A stretch of 64,000 nucleotides of DNA from Candidatus Terrybacteria bacterium RIFCSPHIGHO2_01_FULL_48_17 (GTDB taxonomy: Bacteria > Patescibacteriota > Minisyncoccia > Terrybacterales > 2-01-FULL-58-14), in the NCBI GenBank assembly GCA_001822835.1, contig MHSS01000004.1, positions 7,186 to 71,185 of the forward strand, read 5' to 3'. Both the position numbers and the translations under genes were made by a program. Numbering within the stretch: the first letter of the stretch is position 1; every line of letters begins with the position of its first letter. The notes under the pieces are model-generated. The model was not told where the DNA came from. It saw nothing but the letters and a program-made list of their open reading frames with translations, and searched no databases. Below are positions 25,345 to 36,480 of this stretch, piece by piece.

Positions 25345-26169
25345 ATGGAGTTAGCCTCAAGAATATCTGTTCAGCGGCTTTTGAAACAATACGGTATAAA
25401 ACCGCGCAAGGCGCTTGGGCAAAATTTTTTGGTATCGGCCGTTACGCGAAATAAACTGGTGGGGGCTGCATATATAAAGGAAAACGACACGGTGATTGAA
25501 ATCGGAGCAGGGCTTGGCGCGGTTACTCAAGAACTTGCCCGTCGCGCCAAAAAAGTCGTTGCGATTGAGCGCGACGAGAACCTCTGTGTTATCCTGGAGA
25601 ACCTTTTTAAGAACACGCCAAACGTCGAAATCGTCTGCGAAGACGCGCTGAAACAGCTACCAGTAATCAGTAATCAGCTACCAGTTTATAAGGTGATCGG
25701 AAACATTCCTTATAAAATCACAGGCCCGCTAGTGCGAACATTGGTAGATTCAACGCAGCCGCCGCAAAAAATCGTTTTTATGGTGCAAAAAGAGGTGGGG
25801 GAGCGCATATGCGCCAAACCGCCCCATATGAGCTTATTGGCTCTTGCGGCCCAGCATGCTGCGCGCACTTCCTATATATACACAGTTGGGAGGCGTAATT
25901 TTTACCCCCATCCAGCAGTTGATAGCGCTATTATTGCCATTACGCCCAAAAAACACGACCAAAACCAAGACGAAGGCCTTTTTATGGTTGCAAAAACGGC
26001 TTTTCGGTCTCCCCGCAAACAAATTTTGGGCGCACTTTCACGGAATCTCGGTAAAAGCCGGATGGAGGTGGAAAAAATTCTCTCCTTGTGCAAGATTTCG
26101 TCTTCCTCGCGCCCGCAAGAACTCTCTGTTGAACAATGGCATTGCCTTGCTGAAAAGCTTATACGATAA
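25345..26169 (+). CDS. rsmA: 16S rRNA dimethyltransferase
   Basis: LGQNFL, EIGAGLG, GNIPYKIT, MVQKEV; heptamer insertion at 25654-25688. Confidence 0.96.
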   Translation: MELASRISVQRLLKQYGIKPRKALGQNFLVSAVTRNKLVGAAYIKENDTVIEIGAGLGAVTQELARRAKKVVAIERDENLCVILENLFKNTPNVEIVCEDALKQLPVISNQLPVYKVIGNIPYKITGPLVRTLVDSTQPPQKIVFMVQKEVGERICAKPPHMSLLALAAQHAARTSYIYTVGRRNFYPHPAVDSAIIAITPKKHDQNQDEGLFMVAKTAFRSPRKQILGALSRNLGKSRMEVEKILSLCKISSSSRPQELSVEQWHCLAEKLIR

Positions 26170-26190
26170 TAGGGATGAGAAAAGAACCGC

Positions 26191-28560
26191 ATGGTATCAT
26201 CACGCACTACGGCTATTGTATTAACAGGGGCGACGCTCGTCGTAGTGGTTTTCTTTTTCTTTTTCTCCCCCCGAACTTACACAGCAACGGCGACCGGAAC
26301 CCCCACGGGCCAATCCTTAACAACCGGAAACCCCTTGCTCGACACGGAACACTTCTTGCGTTCGACAATGTTTTCGGGGCTGCTTCCAAAAATTAACGAG
26401 CCGCATCGTGGCACATTCGGTGTCTCGCTCGGGGTTGAGCTTGGAGAAGATTGCGGCGGTGGAACGGAAACAACAGAAGGTGTTGGTCCTGTGTTTGATG
26501 GCGTTTCAGGCTGTAACGCCTGCCAACAAATTGCGCAATGTATCGGCAGTAAAACAGGCCACCAAGACCCCGCGTATCTATGGGATTCAACCACACAAAT
26601 CTGCGGCGTTGGCATCGAAACAGATGGGAGTACGGCAAATAGCTGTAAAGCGGGCGACGCATGCCTTGGAGTACCTATAATAGGTGGCTTCGACAGAGTA
26701 AAAGACGATGCAATAGCCATGGTGCTGAATGCAGAAACGCTTTTCCCCCGAAGTGCCGCCCCAGCAAAACTCTTACTCGCTTACACCTATGCGGTAAGCA
26801 AATGGAATCCTTTTGAAGGAGAGGGGCTTTATCCAACTGATCTGTGTGCTGCAGATAAAACGGCGTTGGAAGGATCAACTTTGTGCGGAGATCCGTTCGT
26901 AGACGGCGAGACAAAAACAATGGACATAGATGGCGACCTGGTAGCGGACGGCAAAGCGTGTCTTGCAATGCCGATTTCCAAAGATCCTGACGGCGCTGGC
27001 GCCCTATGCGGCGGGCGAATTGGAATTTCGCAAGTGCTTCCCACCATTTACGAAACCAACGGATTTCTTATCGGAACACTTACCGGAGATCCTCACCCAA
27101 ACCCGTGGAGCCAGCGCGACGGCCTCGGCGTTGCCGAATCACTCTTATCACTCAACGCATCGCTTTTTGATGAACCAACGTGTAACGCCGCGTGCGTTGC
27201 CGGGGGAAGGAGTATCGATACGTGCCTTACAGTATGCGCAACCGAAAAGGAGCGTTGTGCCATTCTTGACTCATTTTATGGGCCAGGTACCTGTCTTGCG
27301 CCGACGGCCGAACAAAAAATATTCGCCGATACAGTACAGCAATTTGAACCCGTTATGGAAAGCTTGCTCACCACGGGCGCATGTCCTGGCGCGGGAAGCT
27401 GTCAAGATATTCCCGGCTTCGACCGCTTCAATGAACTACGCGCCCTTGTTGACGAAATGGTACCTAAAGTAAAAACGCTATACGGATATGTAGTACGTCC
27501 CGAATACGTCCTTGCGGTTATGAAAATCGAATCGGGATGGAACCCCACGCTTAACCCCCTCCTGCGGTACTACTATACTCACAGCCCATTTACGGGCGGA
27601 CTGCTCTTAGGACAACTTCCGGCTTTCCAGGAGATATGTTCGGACCCAACCACAAGGGCTGAGGTTGAAGCGCAATACGGGGTTGAATTCGGAAAATGCG
27701 AAGATATGCCGGTATCTTCGGCCGGGGCAATGGGAATTGCCCAAGCCATGCCAACTACTTGGAGGGGCGTATTGCAACAAACCAATAACTTAAAGGATCT
27801 TACGGGAGACAATTATGATAATCCCTGGAACGACAGGCACGCAGTTGCTTTCGCAACATATTTCCTCGGCCAAAAGGTGGACGGCTGCGGCAGCGAAGAA
27901 AAAGCATCAGGCGCTTATTATTCCGTTGGCTGCACCGCACCCAATGAACATTACGAACGGGTAAAAACCGTTCTTCCTCTCATCGAAGACCTGTACGCCC
28001 AGGCGTGTTCTGTGCCCGGAGGAGATGGCTGTCCTCTCGTTATGCCGCCGTTTCCGCCAACGCCACCCACAACCGGCTGCTTACAACTCACCAGCGATTT
28101 CTGTCCCGCTGGCGGCTGTTTCTGTTATGCGGGAATTCACGAAGGCGTGGACATCGTAGGCGTTCGGGGGGAGCAGATCTATGCGCCGTTTGACGGAAGC
28201 GTTATAGATGTGATCGATGGTTGTATAGAAGGCGATGGAACATGCGGCGGAGGATGGGGAAACCACCTTGTGGTCAAACAGGACGCCACAAACTTCCATA
28301 TACTTTACGCGCACCTACAAGATATTCTGGTGCTTCCGGGAGAACACGTTACAAAAGGAAGGGTGCTTGGGCACGTGGACAATACCGGCCGTTCGGGTGG
28401 CGACCACCTCCATTTTGAAGTTAATACGAACGCAAATCCGCGAACTGACGACGTAGGCAAAGACGATCCAAGAAAATACTTTACCTGTATTCCTAAAGAG
28501 CCGACGTGTAAAGATTCCACCAAAGATGAATTTTGTCCGCCGACTGGAGAAACAAAATAA
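26191..28560 (+). CDS. Cys-rich membrane-anchored protein with two lytic-transglycosylase-like domains and an M23 domain
   Basis: KIES...GAMGIAQAMPTTW...NPW; an earlier degenerate copy; HEGVD, YAHL, HLHFEV. Confidence 0.82.
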   Translation: MVSSRTTAIVLTGATLVVVVFFFFFSPRTYTATATGTPTGQSLTTGNPLLDTEHFLRSTMFSGLLPKINEPHRGTFGVSLGVELGEDCGGGTETTEGVGPVFDGVSGCNACQQIAQCIGSKTGHQDPAYLWDSTTQICGVGIETDGSTANSCKAGDACLGVPIIGGFDRVKDDAIAMVLNAETLFPRSAAPAKLLLAYTYAVSKWNPFEGEGLYPTDLCAADKTALEGSTLCGDPFVDGETKTMDIDGDLVADGKACLAMPISKDPDGAGALCGGRIGISQVLPTIYETNGFLIGTLTGDPHPNPWSQRDGLGVAESLLSLNASLFDEPTCNAACVAGGRSIDTCLTVCATEKERCAILDSFYGPGTCLAPTAEQKIFADTVQQFEPVMESLLTTGACPGAGSCQDIPGFDRFNELRALVDEMVPKVKTLYGYVVRPEYVLAVMKIESGWNPTLNPLLRYYYTHSPFTGGLLLGQLPAFQEICSDPTTRAEVEAQYGVEFGKCEDMPVSSAGAMGIAQAMPTTWRGVLQQTNNLKDLTGDNYDNPWNDRHAVAFATYFLGQKVDGCGSEEKASGAYYSVGCTAPNEHYERVKTVLPLIEDLYAQACSVPGGDGCPLVMPPFPPTPPTTGCLQLTSDFCPAGGCFCYAGIHEGVDIVGVRGEQIYAPFDGSVIDVIDGCIEGDGTCGGGWGNHLVVKQDATNFHILYAHLQDILVLPGEHVTKGRVLGHVDNTGRSGGDHLHFEVNTNANPRTDDVGKDDPRKYFTCIPKEPTCKDSTKDEFCPPTGETK

Positions 28561-28565
28561 AATAT

Positions 28566-30476
28566 ATGGATACTCGTCACGCTCCACGCAATATCTTGCA
28601 ATATTTATTACTCGCCCTCGGCGGTGTAGTATTGCTTTCGGCAATGCTCGCGCTTGCATCACTTAAAGACGCTTCCAAACAAAACGTACGAGCCCTAACT
28701 CCTGAAGACATCTCCACGACGATAAACGGTATATTCAATACCGGCGACGCAAGCGCTATTACGGCTCTCGCGGGACCGGATGGGCAGATACTCGTTGGAG
28801 GCACGGTCCGTAGTGGTGGGTCGTTCGTTCCCAAGCTCGTATCACTCGAAGATGGTTCTGCCTCGAATCTTTCCTTCGGACTCAAAAACTTTTCAAGTGC
28901 TGCAGTAGAGTCGGTCGCATACGATGGCCAAACATGGCTTGTCGGTGGCGGAGATCCCTTTCTTAATCCAACATCATCGCCAAAACTCAATTCCTACGAC
29001 GGAAGCAGCTTTCAGGATTTGTCATCGTTGCTACAGAACTATAAAGGGTCAGCACAAGCGCTTGGAGGCAATGGATCATATTGGCTGATTGGCATCAACG
29101 GACTTCCCCCGTCCCAAGGCGGAGCGCTTGAAGCGGAAGTAGGGACAACAAGCACAGTGTTATTAAAATACGACGGCACAAATATTTCGGAGATCATCTC
29201 GTCTACAACAAAATCGGATCTCACTGGTGCCTGGATACGCGATATTGCGTGGAACGGGGAATATTGGCTCATCGCACTTGAAAGCGTGCCGCTTAGCGAA
29301 TCTTCTAACTTCCGTGGGCCGTACAAGAGCCGGCTTATGCGATATGATGGCACCACTCTTACGGAATTGACTGTTGGCAAATTTATTAACTACGCCGTCT
29401 TTGCGATCGGCTGGGATGGGGAGCGCTGGATTATTCCCGCCTTTGATAACATTACAAACCAAACGAGCTTCTGGTCTTATGACGGAAAAGCAATAGCACG
29501 GCTTTCCCTTGCCCTTCCTGACAACAAGGTTGTGTCTGCCTTAGCGTGGACGCGCGATAAATGGATTATTGCAACCACCAATGCAAATAATCTTCGCGAT
29601 AAAATCAGTCGAGACCTTACACAAGCAACAGACCTCACAAGGGATGCGGGTGAATTGTGGGAATACGATGGCGCGAACCTCAAAAATATTACCGTGCCTA
29701 CCGCGCTCCTTTTTGTGGAAGATATGGTATTCGACAATACTGCACAAAGTGCATATATTGGCGGCGCAAACTCGCAGGGACGCGTGGCGCTCTTATCTTT
29801 CGCAGTTCCCGCGGCACCGGAATTTCCCGATGGTACGCTCTTGCGTGCAGCAAACCGGCCTGAAGTATTCGTTATTTTTAAAAATAAGAAAAAGCACGTT
29901 CCCGACGCAAACATTTTCGGCTCATACGGCTATCGTTTCGAAAGCGTGCAAACGGTTGATGAGACAACGCTCAACCTTATTCCCGACGTGAAACTTATAT
30001 CAGCACCCGGGGATCCGCGGGTCTTCTTCCTTGACCGAGGTCAAAAACGATGGCTTCGGAATGAAACGGTGTTTGCAAGTTATGGTCTCCCGTGGGACGA
30101 GATATTATCGATAAACGCGACGGATCTTAGCGTATATCGCGACGCTCGCCTGCTCAAATCTCCAGGGGATGAACGCGTTTACTTCATCACAGGAAAAGGG
30201 CTCATCCACCACATTCCAAGCCCCGAGGCCTTTGTGTCTTATGGTAACAAATGGGAGGACATCGTTGGAGTAAGCATAGCAGAATTGCAGTCGTACGAGG
30301 TTGCCAATCTTGTCCGAAAGGCAGGCGATTTCCGCGTATATAAAGTACAGGATGGGGTAAAATATTGGGTACGGACATATGAGGCGTTTCAAAAGTTCGG
30401 ACTGGACCCAAGCAAGGTTTTGGAAATAAACGAAGTCGAATTCAACTCATATACCGAGGGCGCGCCCCTCAATTAG
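28566..30476 (+). CDS. secreted beta-propeller-like protein with four ~52-aa C-terminal repeats
   Basis: Repeated (W/Y)DG..WLIG blades; four L....D.RV(Y/F).....K......F.SYG..W repeats. Confidence 0.78.
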   Translation: MDTRHAPRNILQYLLLALGGVVLLSAMLALASLKDASKQNVRALTPEDISTTINGIFNTGDASAITALAGPDGQILVGGTVRSGGSFVPKLVSLEDGSASNLSFGLKNFSSAAVESVAYDGQTWLVGGGDPFLNPTSSPKLNSYDGSSFQDLSSLLQNYKGSAQALGGNGSYWLIGINGLPPSQGGALEAEVGTTSTVLLKYDGTNISEIISSTTKSDLTGAWIRDIAWNGEYWLIALESVPLSESSNFRGPYKSRLMRYDGTTLTELTVGKFINYAVFAIGWDGERWIIPAFDNITNQTSFWSYDGKAIARLSLALPDNKVVSALAWTRDKWIIATTNANNLRDKISRDLTQATDLTRDAGELWEYDGANLKNITVPTALLFVEDMVFDNTAQSAYIGGANSQGRVALLSFAVPAAPEFPDGTLLRAANRPEVFVIFKNKKKHVPDANIFGSYGYRFESVQTVDETTLNLIPDVKLISAPGDPRVFFLDRGQKRWLRNETVFASYGLPWDEILSINATDLSVYRDARLLKSPGDERVYFITGKGLIHHIPSPEAFVSYGNKWEDIVGVSIAELQSYEVANLVRKAGDFRVYKVQDGVKYWVRTYEAFQKFGLDPSKVLEINEVEFNSYTEGAPLN

Positions 30477-30480
30477 AAAC

Positions 30481-31413
30481 ATGAAACGTACGCTTATTAT
30501 TACAATCGGGGTTATTGTGGTCGGAGGGCTTGCGCTTGTCGGCGCATATTCCCTATTTCGCGGACCGACACTGGGAGTGCTTGTAAACGTATTGCGTTTT
30601 TTGGGAACACCGATTGCGCAAGAAGACACGGGAGCAACGGTTGAAGGGCCATCGTTCACAGAAGACCGTGATAGCGACGGCTTATCCGATGCCAAAGAAG
30701 AAATTTACGGCACAAACTCCGACCTCCCAGACACGGACGGCGATAACTTCACCGATGGCGCTGAAGTACGCAAGGGTTTTGACCCGAAAGTCGCCGGGCA
30801 AGGAAAAATTGCGGACAATCCGGAACTGATGCGAAATCTCACTATTGCCTATTTTGAATGGGCAAGGGAAACGTCAAACATCGAAGATCCGCAGCTTGCC
30901 GAACAGGGTATTCAAACATTTTTGATCAGCCGCAAACAAGACCGGCTCATTTTACCAACGGTTGAAGATAACGAGATTGTACGCACCGACGCCTCCGGAC
31001 CAGATGCCGTTAAAGCATACCTCGACGCCTTTGCTCAAGTAACCCTTCCCCCCGTAACCGCCTCGTACCTGGACCTTGCGGAAGGAAGTTTACAAGAAGA
31101 AACGCAAACCATTATTGATACGGTGGTTTTGGGGATCGATGCAACCTACGAGCAAATTCGCCGTATCCCAACGCCCCAAGAGGCAATTGAAGTGCAACGA
31201 GGGCAGCTTGCAACCATGAAAGCATTAAAGGAGCTTTTTTTGGATCTTAAAAGCGTCAGGCGGGATCCGGTAAAACTGATACGCGACATTTCCTGGGGTA
31301 ACGAACTTGTACTCAAATCAGCGGATATTGAGAAAAAACGCCAGGAACTTGGCTTAATTACAAATCCGGCATTTCAAAATAGTAATCAGGGGACAGGGGA
31401 CAGTAATCAGTAA
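30481..31413 (+). CDS. membrane-anchored protein with TSP3-like Ca-binding motifs
   Basis: DRDSDGLSD..E...GTN...PDTDGDNFTDG.E. Confidence 0.8.
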   Translation: MKRTLIITIGVIVVGGLALVGAYSLFRGPTLGVLVNVLRFLGTPIAQEDTGATVEGPSFTEDRDSDGLSDAKEEIYGTNSDLPDTDGDNFTDGAEVRKGFDPKVAGQGKIADNPELMRNLTIAYFEWARETSNIEDPQLAEQGIQTFLISRKQDRLILPTVEDNEIVRTDASGPDAVKAYLDAFAQVTLPPVTASYLDLAEGSLQEETQTIIDTVVLGIDATYEQIRRIPTPQEAIEVQRGQLATMKALKELFLDLKSVRRDPVKLIRDISWGNELVLKSADIEKKRQELGLITNPAFQNSNQGTGDSNQ

Positions 31414-31418
31414 AACAC

Positions 31419-32147
31419 ATGAAGCGGCGTATTCCTTTTTTCATAAAAACGATTCTTTTACTTGCGCTTTTTGGCATCGGCGCTGCGTTTGCCTCCCCAC
31501 AAAAAAACCAAGATGCTCTTGACGCGCAAAATGCTACAATAGATAGCGAAGCGGCTTTATTGCAAGAAGAAGAGGCCTTGGGAGCTGCCGCGACTAAATC
31601 GCAACAAGTGCGCGAACCCTTCCTTGCATCAATTCTCAATGCCGTGGGCGCGAAAGGGCAAAATGATACTCTAATCGGAACAAATGATGTTGCTGAATCA
31701 GAAATCACAAGCACTATTGGTTCCGACGCTACGGCGCTACAGCCCACGATTCAAGCACAGGCCATTGCAGAATATATCGTTGCAACGTCAAACCTTGGGG
31801 GCGATCTTGCGCCAAACCGCATGCAATCGGCCCTATCGCTTGCAAGCCAAGGAGATAAAAATATCCTACTGGACGTTGCCGGAGGATACCGAAAGCTCGC
31901 AGAGGCCTTTAACAAAGTTGCCCCTCCACCCGAACTTCAGCAAAACCACGAGGCGACAAAAGTATTGCTTGGGCGGTTCGCCGGATTTTTAGAAAATCTT
32001 TCATCGCTTCCTGCAACAGAAATTGAAGGTGCGTGGAAAAGCGGAGAGCGCAGCGCGATAACACAAGAAGCGGAGCGTTTAAATCAAGAACTGCGGGCAA
32101 TCGTAACACAATACAATGTTCAACTTCCCGTGGGAACGATCCCCTAG
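31419..32147 (+). CDS. secreted helical hypothetical protein
   Basis: Signal peptide; tight operon spacing. Confidence 0.75.
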   Translation: MKRRIPFFIKTILLLALFGIGAAFASPQKNQDALDAQNATIDSEAALLQEEEALGAAATKSQQVREPFLASILNAVGAKGQNDTLIGTNDVAESEITSTIGSDATALQPTIQAQAIAEYIVATSNLGGDLAPNRMQSALSLASQGDKNILLDVAGGYRKLAEAFNKVAPPPELQQNHEATKVLLGRFAGFLENLSSLPATEIEGAWKSGERSAITQEAERLNQELRAIVTQYNVQLPVGTIP

Positions 32148-32304
32148 GACAAAAATTGCCCTAATTTCTAATTGCTCTAATTTGTCTAATCAAATCCCAA
32201 TGTCTAATACAAACAAGGTCAAAACATTTAAACATTAGAAATTCGGTTAAATTCTTTAGGTCAATTAGGTTAATTGGGTCAATTAGAAATTTAACATTCC
32301 TCTC

Positions 32305-34449
32305 ATGTTTTTCTGTAAGCAAATGAATGTTCTTGTTTTGCTTTTGCTCGCAATAATAACGGGTTTCTTTGTGGCGCATCCTGCTCATGCCGCTGTTCCT
32401 GTTGCGGTTGTGCAATTTGACGCCGGGACGGATTTTGAAACCAGCATTCTTTCGTTCCTTGGGGATCTTTTCGACAAACTAACCACAAAACAACTCGAAT
32501 CAAGTGCGGCTTTTGAACTCTTGAAAGTTGAAAAAGCGCGCGAGGACGTAAATAAGCTAATGCAAGAAGTGCAGGAAGAGCTTACGGATTATGGAATCGC
32601 CCTTGCTGTGCAGGACTACCGTGTTTCCAAAGATCCTCGCTGTCTTGAAGAACCCTCGACCTGTCCCACCGCAAATGAGCTTTCTATTTCTCCCTACAAA
32701 CAGTCGCGTATTATTAACAATGTATACGATTATATTTTTGAGGAGCCGCGTGAAAAGGCGCGTGTTTATACAATGTGCTATTTTAATCTTTTCATCTGGG
32801 ATCAGGCCGGGATACTTGATGACATGTTCGGTGATGCCGGCCTTATGGGAGCCCCTCAAGACCCTCCAGACGGTCTTTGTGCGATAGGGGGGAAAGATGT
32901 CACGCCAGGGGGGCCCACGAAATGCACGTATGGAAGCAAAAGCACGCGCCAAAGCATCAACAAACTTCGGGAAACCAGAGACGCAATGCTTTTTGGGCTT
33001 CGTCGAGCAAACTATTACCAACTCGATTACCCGCAAATATTCTTGTTTGGCGACTGGATGGGATATCCGGAAACGAGTAACGCCGCCATCCAACAGTATG
33101 GCCTTGCGGGACGGGGGGAATTCGATAGTGCGGAGATGCGCAAAATGTCGCTTGCTAATTGCATCCCGATTCTTGCAGATACATCCACGCCCCTTCTTCC
33201 AGATCCTGCGCTTCGTTTTCACAACGTTTCTTTAGAGCAGGTAATGGCGGTTCTGCCCTCGCTTATAGAGGGCACCGCAGGACGCCCACAATCAACGCTC
33301 ATTGAGCTCAGGGCGGTACAAGAGGATAAAAATAATATTGACGGCGTCGCCCGTATCGCCATCAGTAATATTTCACGGATTATCAATGAAACCCAAAAGG
33401 AGCGTGAGCTTACATATCTTGCCGGCCAAGGCATCAGGCCGGAGCGTTTATATCTTGAGCTCAACAACAAAGACGAAGCCGGCGAACCCATAGATCCTAT
33501 TCGCGGAGGGCCCGGTGATCTTATTCAATACGAATATGATACCGGCTACATTGTTGCCCCCGCAGTGGTGCTTCTACAAAAAATGCAAGCGGCAAACCAA
33601 GCAATGTTTGATCTAGCGCAAAAATCGTTTTTGTATCTTGATCCGGAAAGGACGTCGCTCTCCACGCTTAATCGGTATAATGTGGTCAGTAACGCAGACA
33701 CTTGTTATGACGATGATGGCAATACGTTCCCGTGTGCTTTTATCGGAGGGTTTTTCGAACGGCAAATTTGCAACGTAGTTCCTAATAATCCTTCCGGCAC
33801 TTATTGTTTCCCCGTCGATCCGTGGCTCAAACCACGCACTGCGTTCAGGTCGGCGCCCGACGCAAAACGGGTTGGCCCTAATTTTAAGACAAGCCAGGAT
33901 TCTCCATTGCCGATACTCTCAAGCGAAGGCGGGCTTCCTGCGCCTTGGGAGGATGAAAGCGCGTACGTGGCACTCGGAAACGAAAAAGTGGGGGCTGCGG
34001 CCGAAAGAGGAAGCCAACAATTCGATCTGAAATATAAGATAAGTGATTATAAATTCGATACACCTAAAGTTGCATATCCTGGTATTTTAGAAAGTGCTGG
34101 GTGGAACAAGGGCGACAACATCGGTTTAAAGGCGCTCGGGGCGGATTATGCCATCAACGACTGGTATGATCGTGTGTTTGAAATGTATGAACCATATCGT
34201 AACGAAAATACGCTTACATTTGGGCCAGGGGAGTGGACATGTTACATCGCAACGTGGTTCAGATTCCGACAAGTGGAGGGGAATCTTGTTCCAACTTTTG
34301 CCAGCACGCGCACCGTTATAGATATCGGCGAACGAACATTTAGTATTTTGCCGACCGCAAAAATTATACAAGGCCCGACAGTTGCGGACGCGCTCCAAAA
34401 TCAAATCGACGACTATTGCGGCGAGCGCCTATCCGATACTAGCTACTAA
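32305..34449 (+). CDS. large secreted hypothetical protein of the T4SS-like locus
   Basis: Signal peptide ending AHAAVPV; 714-aa ORF; alternative start at 32323. Confidence 0.75.
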   Translation: MFFCKQMNVLVLLLLAIITGFFVAHPAHAAVPVAVVQFDAGTDFETSILSFLGDLFDKLTTKQLESSAAFELLKVEKAREDVNKLMQEVQEELTDYGIALAVQDYRVSKDPRCLEEPSTCPTANELSISPYKQSRIINNVYDYIFEEPREKARVYTMCYFNLFIWDQAGILDDMFGDAGLMGAPQDPPDGLCAIGGKDVTPGGPTKCTYGSKSTRQSINKLRETRDAMLFGLRRANYYQLDYPQIFLFGDWMGYPETSNAAIQQYGLAGRGEFDSAEMRKMSLANCIPILADTSTPLLPDPALRFHNVSLEQVMAVLPSLIEGTAGRPQSTLIELRAVQEDKNNIDGVARIAISNISRIINETQKERELTYLAGQGIRPERLYLELNNKDEAGEPIDPIRGGPGDLIQYEYDTGYIVAPAVVLLQKMQAANQAMFDLAQKSFLYLDPERTSLSTLNRYNVVSNADTCYDDDGNTFPCAFIGGFFERQICNVVPNNPSGTYCFPVDPWLKPRTAFRSAPDAKRVGPNFKTSQDSPLPILSSEGGLPAPWEDESAYVALGNEKVGAAAERGSQQFDLKYKISDYKFDTPKVAYPGILESAGWNKGDNIGLKALGADYAINDWYDRVFEMYEPYRNENTLTFGPGEWTCYIATWFRFRQVEGNLVPTFASTRTVIDIGERTFSILPTAKIIQGPTVADALQNQIDDYCGERLSDTSY

Positions 34450-34458
34450 CGGAGGTTT

Positions 34459-36465
34459 ATGAAGTCCTCGCACAAAACAATCCTGGTTTTCGCGCTAACA
34501 TTGCTGATTCTTTCCATATTCCTTCCGCATCATGCAGACGCGTTTCTTGGCGTAGATTTGCCGGATCCCCGCGAAGTGGCGCTTAAAATGTTCGATGCGA
34601 TACTTACGATTATTCGAAACGCCGCCGCATCCTTACTGCATATTGCAGCACAATTTCTCAAATATGCCTTGGTTGATTTAACGGGCTCAATGCCCTTTTA
34701 CAATAACTTTTTTGTGCAGGCCGGCTGGCAAGCAGTAAGGGACTTCGCGAATCTTGGATTCGTCCTTTTCTTGCTTGTAGCCGCAGTAGCCACCATTTTG
34801 GATCTTCAAAATTATGGCTGGAAACGTATTATACCCCGTCTCATTATCGTGGCTCTTTTGGTAAACTTTAGTTTGCCGCTCGTCGCTTTTGCCATTAATA
34901 TTGCAAACCTCATGATGGGCTTTTTCACAGTGAACGTCGCGTCAGAAGCCGGATATTCGGATATCGGGGCGGCACTCATTGCTGGCTTTCGTGTGGGTGA
35001 TATTACCGCGGACCCGTCGCTGGAAAGCTTAAAAATAGCAAACGGGGGAGGAGATATAAGTACGACCATGACATCAATCATCAATAATATCACCGCCATT
35101 ATTTTCTTTCTCATCGCGGCAGTTATTCTGTTTTGGCTTGCGATGTACCTTATCGTGCGCATTATTGCGCTCTGGGTATTGATAATCCTTTCACCCTTGG
35201 CAATTGTGGCGAGCATCTTTCCGGCAACGCAAAGCATGTTTAGCCGGTGGCTGCACCAGCTCACGCATTGGACGTTTTTTGGAATTGCTGCTGCTTTTTT
35301 CTTATGGCTTGCCACGTTGCTCATCTTTACGGTCAATACGCAAAATTGGGCGGATATCCAGCTCGTTGGAGGGGCAAACTATCTTTCGCTGACATCAAAA
35401 GCCGGCCTCCTCTTTTCCTACGCAACCACCGCGGTTTTCTTGGTCTTGGCGTTACAAACGGCAAAAGGGGCTTCGCAGGGATTTGCACAAATGGTGGTAA
35501 ATACTGCCGGAGGATTGGCAATGGGTGCGGTCGGATTTGCTGCAGGTGCGGCAGGACGGCCGGCATTGCGTCGAGCCAGACGAGCCGTTGCTGAAAGCAA
35601 GACGGTCCGCGGGTTTGCAGAAGGAACGGGGAAGGCCTTGGAACGCATTCGAAACGTACCTATTTTGGGCGGGGCAACACGAGGGGCGCGAGAAGGACTT
35701 ATGGGTCTCGCTGGAGCCGGTCCAATGAAGGACGAAACGGAAAAGGAATACAAACGACTCAAAGCATCAAATCTCTCGCCCATACAAATTGCACGGCTTG
35801 CTTCTAACACCGACAGCCAGGGGCTAAAAGTTGCGACTGGGAGGGCGCTTAGCGAGACGAACGCATATGATAAGGCAACTACCGACGATGAGAGACATAT
35901 GGTACGGCGCCTGCAAAACCAAGCTTATGTTATTGCTGAATCTACCGGCAATACTAAAGAGATTGAAAATCTTGCCTATAACGATAAAGGGTATGCGGAA
36001 CGCGCACGCGAACGAGGGATTGGATATTTCAAAGACCTCAGCGATGAAGAAATCAATAAAAGATTTGTGGGAGAGCATACGTCTTCCGAAATCCTGCAAC
36101 AGCCGGAAACCGCCTTCAACATGTCTGCTGCGAATGTCCGAGGAGTAGCACAGCGTGGTTCGCCCAAACAACGGAAGGCCTTGGCCGAAGCAATTTTGGG
36201 AACGGAACAAAAGCCCGTCACAGAACCGCCCCAAGGTGTCAGCGAAGAGCAATTCCGCTTTATGCAACAACTCGTGCAATTAAATGCCGCCCTTGCAGAA
36301 ACCATTGGGCGCACCAAGGCATTCGGCCGCGCGCAAGCGGAAGTTGCAGCGGCACAAGAAGCAATCGGAGGCGATGTCACCGACATACGTCAGCAATTAC
36401 AAACACCGCCGCAAGAACCGAAGCAGGAACCGGAAGGGACAGACAAAGAAAATAAAAATGTGTAA
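34459..36465 (+). CDS. VirB6/TrbL-like polytopic membrane protein
   Basis: GWQAVRDFAN, LLVNFSL, RIIALWVLIILSPLA...W; Gly/Ala-rich cytoplasmic tail. Confidence 0.8.
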   Translation: MKSSHKTILVFALTLLILSIFLPHHADAFLGVDLPDPREVALKMFDAILTIIRNAAASLLHIAAQFLKYALVDLTGSMPFYNNFFVQAGWQAVRDFANLGFVLFLLVAAVATILDLQNYGWKRIIPRLIIVALLVNFSLPLVAFAINIANLMMGFFTVNVASEAGYSDIGAALIAGFRVGDITADPSLESLKIANGGGDISTTMTSIINNITAIIFFLIAAVILFWLAMYLIVRIIALWVLIILSPLAIVASIFPATQSMFSRWLHQLTHWTFFGIAAAFFLWLATLLIFTVNTQNWADIQLVGGANYLSLTSKAGLLFSYATTAVFLVLALQTAKGASQGFAQMVVNTAGGLAMGAVGFAAGAAGRPALRRARRAVAESKTVRGFAEGTGKALERIRNVPILGGATRGAREGLMGLAGAGPMKDETEKEYKRLKASNLSPIQIARLASNTDSQGLKVATGRALSETNAYDKATTDDERHMVRRLQNQAYVIAESTGNTKEIENLAYNDKGYAERARERGIGYFKDLSDEEINKRFVGEHTSSEILQQPETAFNMSAANVRGVAQRGSPKQRKALAEAILGTEQKPVTEPPQGVSEEQFRFMQQLVQLNAALAETIGRTKAFGRAQAEVAAAQEAIGGDVTDIRQQLQTPPQEPKQEPEGTDKENKNV

Positions 36466-36480
36466 AACGAAACAGAAGTT

